Notes under the pieces: generated by a model | What the model saw: only the letters and a program-made list of their open reading frames with translations | Databases searched by the model: none | Told to the model about the DNA's origin: nothing | Made by a program: the position numbers and the translations under genes | Origin: Trichormus sp. ATA11-4-KO1 | Lineage (GTDB): Bacteria; Cyanobacteriota; Cyanobacteriia; Cyanobacteriales; Nostocaceae | DNA: 64,000 nucleotides | Direction of reading: 5' to 3' | NCBI GenBank assembly: GCA_019358915.1 | Contig: JAHHIM010000003.1 | Span: 1 to 64,000 of the forward strand | Shown here: positions 20,825 through 32,173 of the stretch, piece by piece | How positions within the stretch are numbered: position 1 is the first letter of the stretch | Layout: every line of letters begins with the position of its first letter

Positions 20825-21979
20825 ATGAAATTAGTTTGCGCCCAAAGCGATCTCAGTACAAATCTTTCACTCGTTAGCCGTGCAGTCCCGTCACGACCGA
20901 CTCATCCGGTACTTGCTAATGTGCTGTTACAAGCAGATGCTCAAACTAACCAAGTTAGCTTAACTGCCTTTGATCTCAGCTTAGGTATCCGTACTAGCTT
21001 TCATGCTGAGGTATTAGAAGGAGGCGCGATCGCACTGCCAGCTAAACTGCTTTTAGACATCACCTCGCGGCTTCCAGAAGGCGAAATCACTTTAGATGAT
21101 GAATCAGCCGAAACATCCACTGGTGAAGGTCTCATCGTTACCCTGATGCCGAAAAGTGGACATTATCAAGTGCGCGCCATGGAAGCGGAAGAGTTTCCTG
21201 AACTACCTGTGATTGACAATACTGAACCCCTTAATTTAACTACCACTGCCTTAATTGAAGGATTACGCGGGTCATTATTTGCTACCAGTGGCGATGAAAC
21301 CAAGCAAGTTCTGACGGGAGTACATTTAACAGTAAAACAAGACACCCTAGAATTTGCTGCTACCGACGGACATCGCCTTGCAGTAGTAGAAACTACCAAC
21401 GAAAGTCCCCTTGGTGATCATGGTCAACTAGAAGTGACAGTCCCAGCTAGAGCCTTACGCGAACTACAACGGATGTTGGCTCATAATGCTGCTGCCGATG
21501 AAGCGATCGCCTTATATTTAGATCAAGGTCAAGTTGTGTTTGCCTGGCAAAATCAAAGATTGACGAGCCGCACCCTAGACGGGCAATATCCAGCTTATCG
21601 CCAACTAATTCCCCGCCAATTTGAACGCCAGGTGACAATTGAACGGCGACAATTTATCAGCACTTTAGAGCGAATTGCCGTGCTGGCTGACCAGAAAAAT
21701 AATATTGTTAAAGTCACTATTGACAATGCCACCCAGGAACTTACCTTATCGTGTGAAGCTCAAGATGTGGGTAGCGGTAGAGAATCGATGAGCGCCCAAA
21801 TATCCGGGGAAGATATAGAAATTGCTTTTAACATCAAGTATTTGATGGAAGGATTGAAAGAGTTACCATCTGCCGAAATTAAAATGCACCTCAATCAAGC
21901 CCTGACTCCGGTAATTTTTACACCACTGGGTGGTTTGAAAATGACTTATTTAGCTATGCCTGTACAACTTAGGAATTAG
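20825..21979 (+). CDS. dnaN: DNA polymerase III beta sliding clamp
   Basis: ATDGHRLA, GQYPAYRQLIP, IAFNIKYL, YLAMPVQL. Confidence 0.98.
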   Translation: MKLVCAQSDLSTNLSLVSRAVPSRPTHPVLANVLLQADAQTNQVSLTAFDLSLGIRTSFHAEVLEGGAIALPAKLLLDITSRLPEGEITLDDESAETSTGEGLIVTLMPKSGHYQVRAMEAEEFPELPVIDNTEPLNLTTTALIEGLRGSLFATSGDETKQVLTGVHLTVKQDTLEFAATDGHRLAVVETTNESPLGDHGQLEVTVPARALRELQRMLAHNAAADEAIALYLDQGQVVFAWQNQRLTSRTLDGQYPAYRQLIPRQFERQVTIERRQFISTLERIAVLADQKNNIVKVTIDNATQELTLSCEAQDVGSGRESMSAQISGEDIEIAFNIKYLMEGLKELPSAEIKMHLNQALTPVIFTPLGGLKMTYLAMPVQLRN

Positions 21980-21987
21980 CAGGGTTT

Positions 21988-22036
21988 GTAGTCAGCACTA
22001 AAGTGCTGAGAAAATCAGGACTTTAGTCCTGACTAC
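21988..22036. repeat. REP doublet (GTAG-type palindromes in inverted orientation)
   Basis: GTAG-TCAGCACTAAAGTGCTGA...TCAGGACTTTAGTCCTGA-CTAC; a single related copy lies at 61259-61279. Confidence 0.7.
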
Positions 22037-22056
22037 GAACTTGCTTAACCATCAAT

Positions 22057-25000
22057 TTAAACTTGATTAATAGGGGAAATCGGGATTTCAATCCAAAATT
22101 CTGTGCCTGAACCTGGTTGAGAATTACATTGAAAAATACCGTGGTGCTTCTCCACTACAATTTGGTAACTAATTGATAACCCTAAACCAGTACCTTTGCC
22201 TACAGGTTTGGTAGTGAAAAATGGGTCAAAAACTCTTTTCCTGACAACTTCGGGGATACCACTTCCATTGTCGGCAATGCGAATAATAACACTTTTAACT
22301 TTGTTGTTCAGTTCACCAATACTAGTATGAATGGTAATTTGATGAACATGAGTTGCTGATTGCGACTCCCTTTTATTTTCTATCGCATCGATCGCATTGC
22401 TTAAAACATTCATAAATACTTGATTCATTTGTCCGGCATAGCACTCTACCAATGGTAAATCAGCGTATTCTTTGACTACGTAAATACCGGGATTGTCTGA
22501 TTGTGCCTTCAAACGATGCTGTAAAATCAGCAAGGTACTATCAATGCCTTCGTGAATATTCACAGCTTTCATTTCCGCTTCATCCAGACGCGAGAAATTC
22601 CGTAAAGACATCACAATCTGCCGGATGCGATCAACCCCAATCTTCATAGAAGATAAAGTCTTGGGCAAATCTTCGGCCACAAATTCTAAGTCCATCTCTT
22701 CCGCCCGCTCAATAATCTCCAGACTTGGACTAGGACAATGCTGCTGATAAAGAGCTACCATACTTGCTAAATCTTCAGCATATTCACTTACATGAGCTAG
22801 GTTACCATAGATAAAATTCACTGGGTTGTTGATTTCGTGAGCAACACCTGCAACCAGTTGACCCAAACTAGACATTTTCTCAGTCTGGATCAGTTGGGTT
22901 TGAGTTTGTTGTAAATTTTGCATAGCTTGTACTAGCTGATCTGCCTGTTCCTTGCTCTGCTTTAGCAGTTCAGCTTGTTGCAGTGCTACCCCCAACTGAT
23001 TAGCAATTTGAGCAATGAACTTAATTTCTGAGGCTTCCCAGTAGCGGGGTGTAGAGTTTTGATAAGCCGCCAACAAACCCCAAAGTTTTTGCCCAATAAA
23101 AATTGGCGCGATCGCATAAGCTTTTACTTGACATTTCTCCAGAAATGCAACATGACATTGAGAGTGACCAGCCTGATATATATCATTTACGGCAAAGGTT
23201 TGATTGTGGCGATATCTTCCGCCTTGAGTTTCCTGTAAATAAGAATCTTGCCAAACTGTATTAACCTCTAAACCTACCAATTTCACCCAGCCCTCAACGA
23301 CAAACTCAGCGACAAACTCACCACTCCAATCGGGGTGAAAGCGGTAAACAGCCACGCGATCTGCTTGCAGAGATTTACAAATTTCCTGAGTAGTAGTTTG
23401 AAAAATAGCATTTAAATCTAGAGATTCCCTAATTTTTGCCACAACTTCAAACAATACCCGTTGTCGTTCTGCCGACTGGCGCAAATTTAATGCCTGTTGC
23501 TGTGTTTGTGCAAGTAGTTCAGCTTGTTGGAGTGCTACCCCAAGTTGGGCTGCAACTTGACTGAGGAAGTTAACTTCAGAGGTTTGCCATTGGCGGCTAC
23601 CAGAGTGTTGATAAGTTGCTAGCAAGCCCCAAAGTCTCTGCCCTACAAAAATAGGAGCAAGCACAAAAGCATGAATATGAAACTCTTCGAGATTCTCGAT
23701 ATGACACTGTGTGAACCCCATTTTGTAGATGTCATCCACTGCAAATGTTTCGTTGTAGCGGTAGCGTCCTCCTTCTGAATCTTGTAGGTAAGTGTCATTC
23801 CAAACCAAATTAATTCCTAGTTTGGACTCACTTAACCAATATGGACTTGCAGCCTCAAAATCGCCGACAAATTCACCACCCCAATCAGCACTGAAGCGAT
23901 AAATAGAAACCCGATCAGCTTTGATTAATTGACAAACTTCTTTGGTGGTGATTTGAAAAATGGTATTCGTGTCCAAAGATTCCCGAATTTTGGCAATCAC
24001 TCCAAATACGGCTTGTTGTTGTTCAGATGTCCGTTGCAGTTCAAGTGTGCGTTTTTTCACTTGATGTTCTAAGTTGGCATTAAAGGCCTGTACCTGTTGG
24101 TATAGTTCATATTGTTGAATGGCCGATGCAAAATGGTTGCCGATTTCTCTAGCCAGTTCAATCTCTGCAACTGTCCATTTTTGAGCTTGTGCTTTTTTAG
24201 ATTCCCGCCACACCTCAAACGATAAACGGGGATATACTTGCCTTTGGTCGAGGTCAAATTGACCAGCCCACAAAGTTTCTGTATCTATTTCGTTGCGGAA
24301 AATACTTAAATAGCCCACTAATTGCTGACGGTACTGGAGTGGGATCATCAAGATGCTGCGAATTTTAGTTGCTTGGAAGGCAGCTTGTAAACTTCGCATT
24401 CCTGGAGTTTGATATATATCGGAAATTGCCCAAACATCTTCACTAGATTTGTAATGTTCCTGCCAGACATTGTATTGTTCCATCAGTGGATATATGTTTT
24501 GTGCTGGCATTACAGGCTGCTGTCCGCAGGTATAAACCTGGATACAATCGCTCCCTGGTATCAAACATTCTGTTAAGCTTGTAACTTTGCCGTGATGGTA
24601 ATCAAAAGCTTCATTTCTGATGCAAAGCCTGCCACCACAACCATCAAAGGCAGCAACAGCTGCTTCTAAAGCTGGCTGTAAGACAATTGTTGGCAGTGAA
24701 TGCAGTAAAGCAGAAATACGGTTAATAATAGTTTCTCGTTTTGCTTGTTCACGAGCTTGAGTTAACAGGGTACTTTGCGCGATCGCGATCGACAGTTGAT
24801 CTACTACCATCTGCACCGCTTCTAATTCATATTCTGAAATCTCACGTGATTCAGAATTGTGAGATACTAACAAACCCCAAAGTTTATCTTGATATAAGAT
24901 AGGCGCTACTAAAGAAGATTTAACCCCCATTGCCGTTAAGTATTCTACATGGCACGGATCTACAGGACGATAGCGGATATCCTCTGATAAAATCTCTCCA

Positions 25001-25365
25001 TTTTCCAACTCGTGTAGGGGACTTTGACCAATCTGCTGCGTTTCCACATTGACAACAGAGCGCACCCTTGATTTAATAAACAATTCACGGGCGTAGGGTG
25101 GAATGTCATCAGCCGGAAAGTTTAGCCCCAGCAATGATGGTAATCGGTTCTCATGAATCGACTCACCTATAACTTGACCACTACCATCGGCATGAAATTG
25201 ATAAATCATTACTCGGTCAGTTCCTAATAATGAACAGACTTCTGCCGTCGTTGCTGTGATAATTTCTTCTAGTTCTAATGTTTGACGGATACGATTTGTA
25301 ATGCGGCGCAATACACTTTCTTGGTTAATACTTTCCCGCAAATTTGGTTTAGCGATCGGTGACAT
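22057..25365 (-). CDS. Multi-GAF bilin photoreceptor histidine kinase (knotless phytochrome GAF-PHY + two CBCR GAFs + HisKA/HATPase)
   Basis: PADDIP and PCH in GAF1, PRLSF tongue motif, two W.D.YLQ..GGRY...CH CBCR GAFs, [24 protein letters not shown]. Confidence 0.93.
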   Translation of the reverse strand: MSPIAKPNLRESINQESVLRRITNRIRQTLELEEIITATTAEVCSLLGTDRVMIYQFHADGSGQVIGESIHENRLPSLLGLNFPADDIPPYARELFIKSRVRSVVNVETQQIGQSPLHELENGEILSEDIRYRPVDPCHVEYLTAMGVKSSLVAPILYQDKLWGLLVSHNSESREISEYELEAVQMVVDQLSIAIAQSTLLTQAREQAKRETIINRISALLHSLPTIVLQPALEAAVAAFDGCGGRLCIRNEAFDYHHGKVTSLTECLIPGSDCIQVYTCGQQPVMPAQNIYPLMEQYNVWQEHYKSSEDVWAISDIYQTPGMRSLQAAFQATKIRSILMIPLQYRQQLVGYLSIFRNEIDTETLWAGQFDLDQRQVYPRLSFEVWRESKKAQAQKWTVAEIELAREIGNHFASAIQQYELYQQVQAFNANLEHQVKKRTLELQRTSEQQQAVFGVIAKIRESLDTNTIFQITTKEVCQLIKADRVSIYRFSADWGGEFVGDFEAASPYWLSESKLGINLVWNDTYLQDSEGGRYRYNETFAVDDIYKMGFTQCHIENLEEFHIHAFVLAPIFVGQRLWGLLATYQHSGSRQWQTSEVNFLSQVAAQLGVALQQAELLAQTQQQALNLRQSAERQRVLFEVVAKIRESLDLNAIFQTTTQEICKSLQADRVAVYRFHPDWSGEFVAEFVVEGWVKLVGLEVNTVWQDSYLQETQGGRYRHNQTFAVNDIYQAGHSQCHVAFLEKCQVKAYAIAPIFIGQKLWGLLAAYQNSTPRYWEASEIKFIAQIANQLGVALQQAELLKQSKEQADQLVQAMQNLQQTQTQLIQTEKMSSLGQLVAGVAHEINNPVNFIYGNLAHVSEYAEDLASMVALYQQHCPSPSLEIIERAEEMDLEFVAEDLPKTLSSMKIGVDRIRQIVMSLRNFSRLDEAEMKAVNIHEGIDSTLLILQHRLKAQSDNPGIYVVKEYADLPLVECYAGQMNQVFMNVLSNAIDAIENKRESQSATHVHQITIHTSIGELNNKVKSVIIRIADNGSGIPEVVRKRVFDPFFTTKPVGKGTGLGLSISYQIVVEKHHGIFQCNSQPGSGTEFWIEIPISPINQV

Positions 25366-25688
25366 TGCTGTTAATTAAATAAGTTTCCAAAAAATTAATA
25401 ATGAGACAACCATAAAGCTAAAAACATTCTGGAATTTATTTAATAGCTTTGTCCACAGTGTAACTACGGGCAAAATAGTTATAATAAGATTTATTTTTTA
25501 ATAAAAGCTTACATTTTAAAGTAAAAAATAAGTTATTGCTAAGAGAAAGTATTTTTTTGATAAATTCTTGTCTAAAATATAAAAACCCAATTGACACATC
25601 AGGAGATAATTAAAGTCAAAAGTAGAGATTTTCTGCTTACCTAGTCTCCACTTTTGACTATTTATTTGTGTGGAACCTATCAGCAAAA

Positions 25689-26876
25689 TTAAACTTTTAC
25701 ATTGTCAGTAAAGCGAATTTTTAGATAGTCTTCTTCCATCTTTGCTCCCCCTGGTTGTAGTGCTGCCAATGCTTGTGGCAATACTAAATTACGGCGATGG
25801 TTGCCAATAGTGATATTTAATTCGTCACCAGTTTTACTCAGTTGAATTTGGTTTTTGGGAATTCCAGGTAAGTAAATTTCCAAACTATATTGGTTTTGCA
25901 CTTGTACAACTCTCATAGTTGTTTCTTTGTAATATACCTGAGTTGGATCTTCATCTTTGTAGAGAGTTTCTTTCAGACGTTCTAAGGCGGCTAAACCGCA
26001 CATCTCCTCAGAAAAAAGTGGCACTTCTTTTACAGGCAGAGGCAGAAAGTTGTCATGTATTTCTTGCCGATATTGCTGCTGGCTTTCCTTCCACCGTTGG
26101 AAAAAGGGGTCTTGTACTTCTTGGGGAATAATGCGATTAGCTATCACTAAGTCTGTTGCCACATTATATAAACTCAGATAAGCATGGGCGCGGAGAGATT
26201 CTTTAATCACCATCTTTTCCGGATTGGTGACGAGGCGCACTGAGGTTTGAGTATTGTCAGTTAATACTTTTTCCAGAGCTTCAATTTGTTCATAAAACTC
26301 GTAAGGTGCATCCATCACCTCTTTATCTGGTAGAGAAAAACCGGCAATTGGTTTAAAAAAAGGTTCAACCAAAGGTCGAAGTGCTACCGAAATATTTTGA
26401 AATGGCTTGTAAAAACGCCGCATGTACCAGCCACCGACTTCTGGTAAACTCAACAGACGTAATGCTGTACCGGTAGGAGCCGAGTCGATAATCAAAACAT
26501 CAAATTCGCCTTCGTCGTAGTGGCGTTTCATTCTTACCAAGCCAAAAATTTCATCCATGCCTGGTAAGATGGCTAATTCTTCTGCTTGAACTCCTTCTAA
26601 CCCCCTTGCTTGTAAAACTTGGGTGATGTAACGCTTCACAGCACCCCAATTTCCCTCTAGTTCTTGCAGCGCATCGAGTTCTGCACCCCACAAATTGGAG
26701 CGAATTTCTTGCGGTGCGTGTCCCATTTCTAAGTCAAAACTGTCTGCCAAAGAGTGAGCGGGGTCTGTACTTAAAACAAGTGTGCGGTACCCTAGTTCCG
26801 CACAACGAAGTCCAGTGGCGGCAGCAACGGAGGTTTTGCCTACCCCGCCTTTGCCTGTCATTAAAATTACACGCAT
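25689..26876 (-). CDS. ArsA/GET3 (TRC40) family ATPase with C-terminal HSP20-like domain
   Basis: [22 protein letters not shown] motifs. Confidence 0.93.
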   Translation of the reverse strand: MRVILMTGKGGVGKTSVAAATGLRCAELGYRTLVLSTDPAHSLADSFDLEMGHAPQEIRSNLWGAELDALQELEGNWGAVKRYITQVLQARGLEGVQAEELAILPGMDEIFGLVRMKRHYDEGEFDVLIIDSAPTGTALRLLSLPEVGGWYMRRFYKPFQNISVALRPLVEPFFKPIAGFSLPDKEVMDAPYEFYEQIEALEKVLTDNTQTSVRLVTNPEKMVIKESLRAHAYLSLYNVATDLVIANRIIPQEVQDPFFQRWKESQQQYRQEIHDNFLPLPVKEVPLFSEEMCGLAALERLKETLYKDEDPTQVYYKETTMRVVQVQNQYSLEIYLPGIPKNQIQLSKTGDELNITIGNHRRNLVLPQALAALQPGGAKMEEDYLKIRFTDNVKV

Positions 26877-27283
26877 GGATGATTACGTCCTGTCTCAGGA
26901 TTATTTACATTTATTTACATTATCAACTGTTTAAAGAAAATAAATGCTGTTTTAGCACATCTAGTGGACTGATAGGACTAAATTGATGCATGATGATTGT
27001 CTTGTGGGGTCAGACTTGGTTTCATTACTTGACGTACAGCCTGGCGGCATCCAGAGGCTCTATTATCAATTACGAATTATGTTGACTCCAATGGCATTTT
27101 GCCTACCCCACAAGAATTATGTGCAACTTAGATGTGCAAACAAAATATAAATTAGCTCATATCCCTTGCTAGGCAAGAAAGACAGCCGCCTCTCATAAAA
27201 AAGCCCCTATTGCCTTGTACAAGGCATTATAGGGGAAGTTGCTACGGTGCAAATTTTATAAATTACTAGAGTGAATCAACAGC

Positions 27284-28471
27284 ATGAAATCGCTATCTGT
27301 CTCAAAAGCAAAATTTTTTTGGCTATATTTTGCATGTTGTTGTTTTTTGTGCATTACTACTTTGGTATGGCTGCCAGTATCTGCAATTACTGCACCATCA
27401 ATTGATACCTTGAGGCAACAGCAGCAACAAATTAACCAAGAGCGTGAAAATGCCATTCAGCAGCGCGATCGCTTGACTAATTTACAAAAAGCAGCACAGC
27501 AACGCCTGACTGGAATCAACCAAAATCTACAAACTACAAACACCCAGATTCAAGACAGTGAACTTCGATTACGCCTTGCTACCGAACGCCTACAACAGTT
27601 GGAAGCTGACTTAACTGTAGCGGAAAATTCCTATGAAGCACGGCGAATCGCCACAGTAGCCAGATTGCAATATCTTCAGCGATCATCTGCTTCTCAAGGA
27701 TGGGCAGTTTTACTCCAAAGCCAAAATATCAGTGACTTTATCAGCCGCCGTCATCAATTAAAGTTAGTATATCAAGCCGACCAAAAGATTTTGGCAAAAC
27801 TCAACACCCAAGCGAATCAAATCAATCAACAAAAAACAGATGTAGAACAGCAAAAAAACGAAATTGCTTTAATTCGTCAAGAACTGCTAGCACAAAAAGC
27901 CGACTATCAAATTCAAGCGCAGTCACAGTCAGAATTGATTACACGTTTAAATAGCGATCGCTTAGCTTTGGAAGCCGCACAAAACCAGCTAGATAAAGAT
28001 TCCCAAAATTTAGAAGTTTTAATTCAACAAAAAGTAGCAGCAGCGCAAGCCAAAGCCAACAGCCAGACAAACATTTTGCTGCGGGGAACGGGGATACTAG
28101 CTTTTCCCAGCGATGCTCGCACTAGCAGCGCCTTTGGTTGGCGCACACATCCCATCTTAGGGTATCGCCGCTTTCATTCAGGCTTAGATTTTGCTGCTAG
28201 TTATGGCAGTAGAATTAGGGCAGCCGATTCCGGAACCGTAATTTTTGCCGGGTGGTACGGTGGTTATGGCAGAACCGTAATTATTAACCACGGTAAAAGC
28301 ATGACTACCTTGTACGCCCACGCCAGCGAATTGTATGTTACTGAAGGACAATCTGTAGAAAGAGGACAAGCGATCGCATCTGTAGGTTCTACAGGTTTAT
28401 CTACAGGGCCACATCTGCATTTTGAAGTACGTCGCAACGGTACACCCGTAAACCCTGCTGACTTTTTATAA
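27284..28471 (+). CDS. M23 peptidase / EnvC-like murein hydrolase activator
   Basis: Signal peptide, long coiled coil, FHSGLDF, TLYAHAS, STGPHLHFEVR. Confidence 0.92.
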   Translation: MKSLSVSKAKFFWLYFACCCFLCITTLVWLPVSAITAPSIDTLRQQQQQINQERENAIQQRDRLTNLQKAAQQRLTGINQNLQTTNTQIQDSELRLRLATERLQQLEADLTVAENSYEARRIATVARLQYLQRSSASQGWAVLLQSQNISDFISRRHQLKLVYQADQKILAKLNTQANQINQQKTDVEQQKNEIALIRQELLAQKADYQIQAQSQSELITRLNSDRLALEAAQNQLDKDSQNLEVLIQQKVAAAQAKANSQTNILLRGTGILAFPSDARTSSAFGWRTHPILGYRRFHSGLDFAASYGSRIRAADSGTVIFAGWYGGYGRTVIINHGKSMTTLYAHASELYVTEGQSVERGQAIASVGSTGLSTGPHLHFEVRRNGTPVNPADFL

Positions 28472-28475
28472 AACG

Positions 28476-28484
28476 TGCTATAAT
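28476..28484 (+). promoter_or_regulatory. Extended -10 promoter of tRNA-Arg
   Basis: TGcTATAAT 12 nt upstream of the tRNA 5' end. Confidence 0.6.
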
Positions 28485-28496
28485 CGACCAGTACTA

Positions 28497-28569
28497 GGGC
28501 GCGTGGCTCAGTGGATAGAGCAACAGATTCCGGTTCTGTGGGTCGGGGGTTCAAATCCCTCCGCGCTCG
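28497..28569 (+). tRNA. tRNA-Arg (CCG)
   Basis: Acceptor GGGCGCG/CGCGCTC, D-arm GCTCAGTGGATAGAGC, anticodon stem ACAGA/TCTGT with loop TTCCGGT, T-loop GTTCAAATC; CCA not encoded. Confidence 0.96.
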
Positions 28570-28651
28570 TTTTTTTAATTAACTAATTATTTGACTGTAA
28601 GCATTTACTGTGAGCAAGAATATACGGTTAGAAACAACGAAGTTCAGCAGC

Positions 28652-29680
28652 TCAACCTGCAATTAAATTCCAAAAGTAGCCATCCGGTGCAACAAAGGAA
28701 AAACTCTTTTCTCGAAACTCATTTTCGATGGTTTTGGTATACTTCTGCGCCAAGCTTGCCTTGATGCGATCGCCATATTCCTGTATGCTCCGCACGTGGT
28801 ATGTATAAAGTGACATACCCAAGCACCCTGGTTGCGATGCCTCAAACCGTGACTCTAAATTGATAGCTTCGGGAAAGCGAATTATATATAATCTGCCACT
28901 ACGTGCAGCCATCAAGTCAGTCGCGGAGGAACGAGGGTCGTCAAAAGCAGTGACAATAAATTTTTCTCCTGGCTTGAGGTCAAACATTTCTCGGCCTGCT
29001 GGTGAAGATTCATAACTAGTCTCAACATCATCACGCACACGCAGCAAACCTAAAACTTCTTCATAAAATTGCAAAATTTCTTTGCTGTCATCCTGAACAA
29101 TCATACCCATGTGGGTAAATTGGCTAGTTTTGAAAGTCGCATGATCATTGATTTGTCCGTAATTTGGCAGTGTATAACCAAACCTTTGAAATAGCACTTG
29201 TCGAGTTAAGGGTTGCAGTAGCAGCATTTCTCGCACCCCAACTGCTGCATCAGTGAAAGGACGGCTTTTGTGTTCTTTGTTATAAATGACTTCCCAGTGA
29301 GGTTGAGTATATCTGATCGCCCAACCTGCGGCTTTGGCATCTTCTGCATGATTTAGAATTGTTAATACATCGGCAGTTAAAGTTGTTGCCCAACGATTTC
29401 CTTTAACTTTCATGGATGCTAAACCTAGCCCCTGATTTGTCGGTTTTTGCCACACCATCAACCGAATTAAACCATGATCTGCATTTTGGTGGTAAAGGCG
29501 AATCGAGCGTAAAGAAGAATTTACCCCATATAATTGGTAGGCTGCATCTGCGGGTAATTCACCTACTTGACCAATGCGATAGCCAAATTGCTGCCAATAT
29601 TGAATGGCAAAAATTGGGTCGGGAACACCAATACACACTTCATAGATACCTGCAATTGCAGTTTCTTGCTCCTGAGTCAT
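28652..29680 (-). CDS. VOC (glyoxalase-like) family protein
   Basis: Two VOC-like halves: YEVCIGVPD...AIQYWQQFG and HMGMIV...FYEEVLGL...FVAPDGYFW. Confidence 0.75.
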   Translation of the reverse strand: MTQEQETAIAGIYEVCIGVPDPIFAIQYWQQFGYRIGQVGELPADAAYQLYGVNSSLRSIRLYHQNADHGLIRLMVWQKPTNQGLGLASMKVKGNRWATTLTADVLTILNHAEDAKAAGWAIRYTQPHWEVIYNKEHKSRPFTDAAVGVREMLLLQPLTRQVLFQRFGYTLPNYGQINDHATFKTSQFTHMGMIVQDDSKEILQFYEEVLGLLRVRDDVETSYESSPAGREMFDLKPGEKFIVTAFDDPRSSATDLMAARSGRLYIIRFPEAINLESRFEASQPGCLGMSLYTYHVRSIQEYGDRIKASLAQKYTKTIENEFREKSFSFVAPDGYFWNLIAG

Positions 29681-29738
29681 ACAAATCTGGAATTTTAGGT
29701 TTTGGAACTGAGTGCTAAGTGAAGTAAAACTTTCCTAC

Positions 29739-31991
29739 CTATGATTTAATAATTGCAGAAATCCCTGGAGAGGATGTCGATATTTTATCAGTGATGTGAT
29801 TTAAATCTTGAAGAACTTCTGCTGCTGATTGATAGCGATCGCTAAAATGATAACGTACCATTTTATCTAAAATTTCTGCTAATTCTGCGCTGACTTGTGT
29901 TGTGTGTCGCCAGATTACATTGCCTGTTTCTGGATCTGGTTGGAGTTCTTGGGGTGGAATACCAGTAATGGCTTGAATACCCATCATCCCCAAGGCATAA
30001 ATATCACTAGAAAGTCGGGGATGACCAGCAAATTGCTCTGGTGGTGCATAACCCCGCGTCCCAATAGCTACTGTCGCTAATTCTGTTTGCTCGCTAGTTG
30101 GTGGTTGCATCAATTTGACTGCACCAAAGTCAATTAACACCAACCGATGATCTTTAGCGCATCTAATAATATTAGTTGGTTTAATATCCCGATGAATTAC
30201 CCGATGCTCATGCACAAATGTCAGAACTTCTAAAACTCCTTTGAGCATATCAATCACAAAAGCTTCGTTCTGGACAATCTGTACAGGTGGTAATTCCTCA
30301 TTTAAAGTATGTCCAGCAATATATTCCTGGACTAAATAAAATTCTTTGTTATCTTCAAAATAAGCTAAGAGTTCGGGGATTTGCTGATGCTCGCCCAAAG
30401 CTTCTAAAATTTCTGCCTCGGTATTAAATAACCTTCTAGCAACTTGTAAAAATCTGGTGTCCCGTCGTGCTGGCATTAACTGTTTAACTACACAAATCGG
30501 ATTACCTGGTCGCTGAGTATCTTTAGCTAAATAAGTGCGACCAAATCCCCCAGATCCCAAGACTTTAGATATTTGGTAACGTCCACCCAACAGCAAATCT
30601 CCAGTTCTTTTTTCTGGTGTGGTGAGTGCAGATGCAGTATGAAAATGCACGTCATGAATTGCTGTTGCTGCGGTGTCTTGTAAAAGAACATTTAACTGTG
30701 CGATCGCCTCTTGTTGTTGTTCAACTTGTAGCAAAATTACTTTAGTTCGTTGCTGAGTTTGGTATGTCGTATAAATCATCATACTCACACCACTAATAAC
30801 CAAAGCGATCGCTGGGGGAATTAGCGGTACCCAACCAGCGAGGAGAAATAAACCAGCGCAGATTGCTACCAAGCCAGCTAAAGTTGCACTACCCACCACT
30901 AACAACAACACAGGATGTCTGCATCGCCAGCCGACAATCCCACCCACGATTGACCAGGCGCACACCCACAGCAGCTCAACCCAGTCTGTCCAGTACCAAA
31001 TCAGGGGTCGTCCATCTAACACTGTACTGAGAATCTGACTGGCTATCTGTGCATGGAGTAAGACAGCAGACATTCTGGCGGGTTGCTCTGGTGCAGCAGT
31101 ATAAGGTGTATACAACCCAGGATGCAGACTAGCAGCTGTTATCCCAATAATTACTAGTTTGTCTTTTACCCAGTTGGGATCTAGCTGATTGTTGAGGACT
31201 TGTGTCAGAGTTACTCGCTTTGCCAGGTGATCAGGATGACGATAATTCAATAGTAGTTGGTAACCCGCCGCATCTAGTCCTTGATAACTGCCGGAATTGG
31301 TTTTGAGGGTGGGAAAGTGAGTTTTACCTAGATAAAAATTATGTTCATCAGTAAAATTTATCGTCAAATCTGCTTTTTTTAGATATTTAATGGCAAGTAA
31401 AGCCGCAAATGAAAATGAAGTTTTACATCTGCTTTCTGTAGAGTGAGCAAATAACAAACTACGGCGGATAATTTGCTCTGCCTCATGATCTGGAATTAAA
31501 TCGTTATAGCCGATATTTTGTTCACGAAAATTAGGTGGTGGGGGAATTTCTGATCTGTCTATGCTGCTAAATGAGCAAGTGGTAATCAGGTTATCTGGGT
31601 TTTTCAGTCCAGTCCCCAAATTTTTCTGTTCTGGTCGATAAGGATTAAGTCCGATGACACGGGGTTGGTAAGATTCTAGTTTGACTAACAGTTGATTGAT
31701 TGTGGCATCTGATAAAGTTCCTTGTTTTCCCGTCAGATCATCTTCAGTAATTGTGACTAATAATATCCGAGGATCGGGTGGTTCCACTGGACGCGATCGC
31801 AGCATTTGGTCATAAGCTTTTAACTCCCAAGACTGCAACCATTTCAGTTCCCGAACTCCCCATACCAAGGCTGTCACACCCAAACTAGTGACCAGAATCA
31901 CTTGTAACCAGTTTTTGCCAGGAGAAAGATCATGGTAATTCTTGTCTTTAGCAAACGCGGCTCTCAGTTGTTCTAATATTCCATTAATCAC
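29739..31991 (-). CDS. CHASE2-domain Ser/Thr protein kinase
   Basis: ELKAYD...DPRILLVTITEDD CHASE2, 3 TMs, LGSGGFG, HRDIKPTN, DFG, GTRGYAPPEQ. Confidence 0.95.
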   Translation of the reverse strand: MINGILEQLRAAFAKDKNYHDLSPGKNWLQVILVTSLGVTALVWGVRELKWLQSWELKAYDQMLRSRPVEPPDPRILLVTITEDDLTGKQGTLSDATINQLLVKLESYQPRVIGLNPYRPEQKNLGTGLKNPDNLITTCSFSSIDRSEIPPPPNFREQNIGYNDLIPDHEAEQIIRRSLLFAHSTESRCKTSFSFAALLAIKYLKKADLTINFTDEHNFYLGKTHFPTLKTNSGSYQGLDAAGYQLLLNYRHPDHLAKRVTLTQVLNNQLDPNWVKDKLVIIGITAASLHPGLYTPYTAAPEQPARMSAVLLHAQIASQILSTVLDGRPLIWYWTDWVELLWVCAWSIVGGIVGWRCRHPVLLLVVGSATLAGLVAICAGLFLLAGWVPLIPPAIALVISGVSMMIYTTYQTQQRTKVILLQVEQQQEAIAQLNVLLQDTAATAIHDVHFHTASALTTPEKRTGDLLLGGRYQISKVLGSGGFGRTYLAKDTQRPGNPICVVKQLMPARRDTRFLQVARRLFNTEAEILEALGEHQQIPELLAYFEDNKEFYLVQEYIAGHTLNEELPPVQIVQNEAFVIDMLKGVLEVLTFVHEHRVIHRDIKPTNIIRCAKDHRLVLIDFGAVKLMQPPTSEQTELATVAIGTRGYAPPEQFAGHPRLSSDIYALGMMGIQAITGIPPQELQPDPETGNVIWRHTTQVSAELAEILDKMVRYHFSDRYQSAAEVLQDLNHITDKISTSSPGISAIIKS

Positions 31992-32173
31992 GGCGTTGCG
32001 GCAGTAGCCTGAATTTGGTAGATGTAGCTGAATTGGGATTAAAAGCGAATTAACCCAAACTTTCTCTAATTTAGCAATTTACTTAGTGCTGAGTGCTGAG
32101 TAAGAAAAAGAGGAAGGAAGCACTCTTGATTTGCTGATTCTAGGCGATCGCGGCGAATTGAACTGAAGCATGA

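Noticed and set aside
26406..26418. 13-nt match (CTTGTAAAAACGC) between the putative omegaRNA guide and the arsA-like gene
   Set aside because: It covers guide positions 7-19 only and misses the TAM-proximal seed; compatible with chance in AT-rich DNA.
28497..28650. tRNA-Arg as an integration site for an island
   Set aside because: No integrase nearby and no duplicated tRNA 3' end seen in the window.
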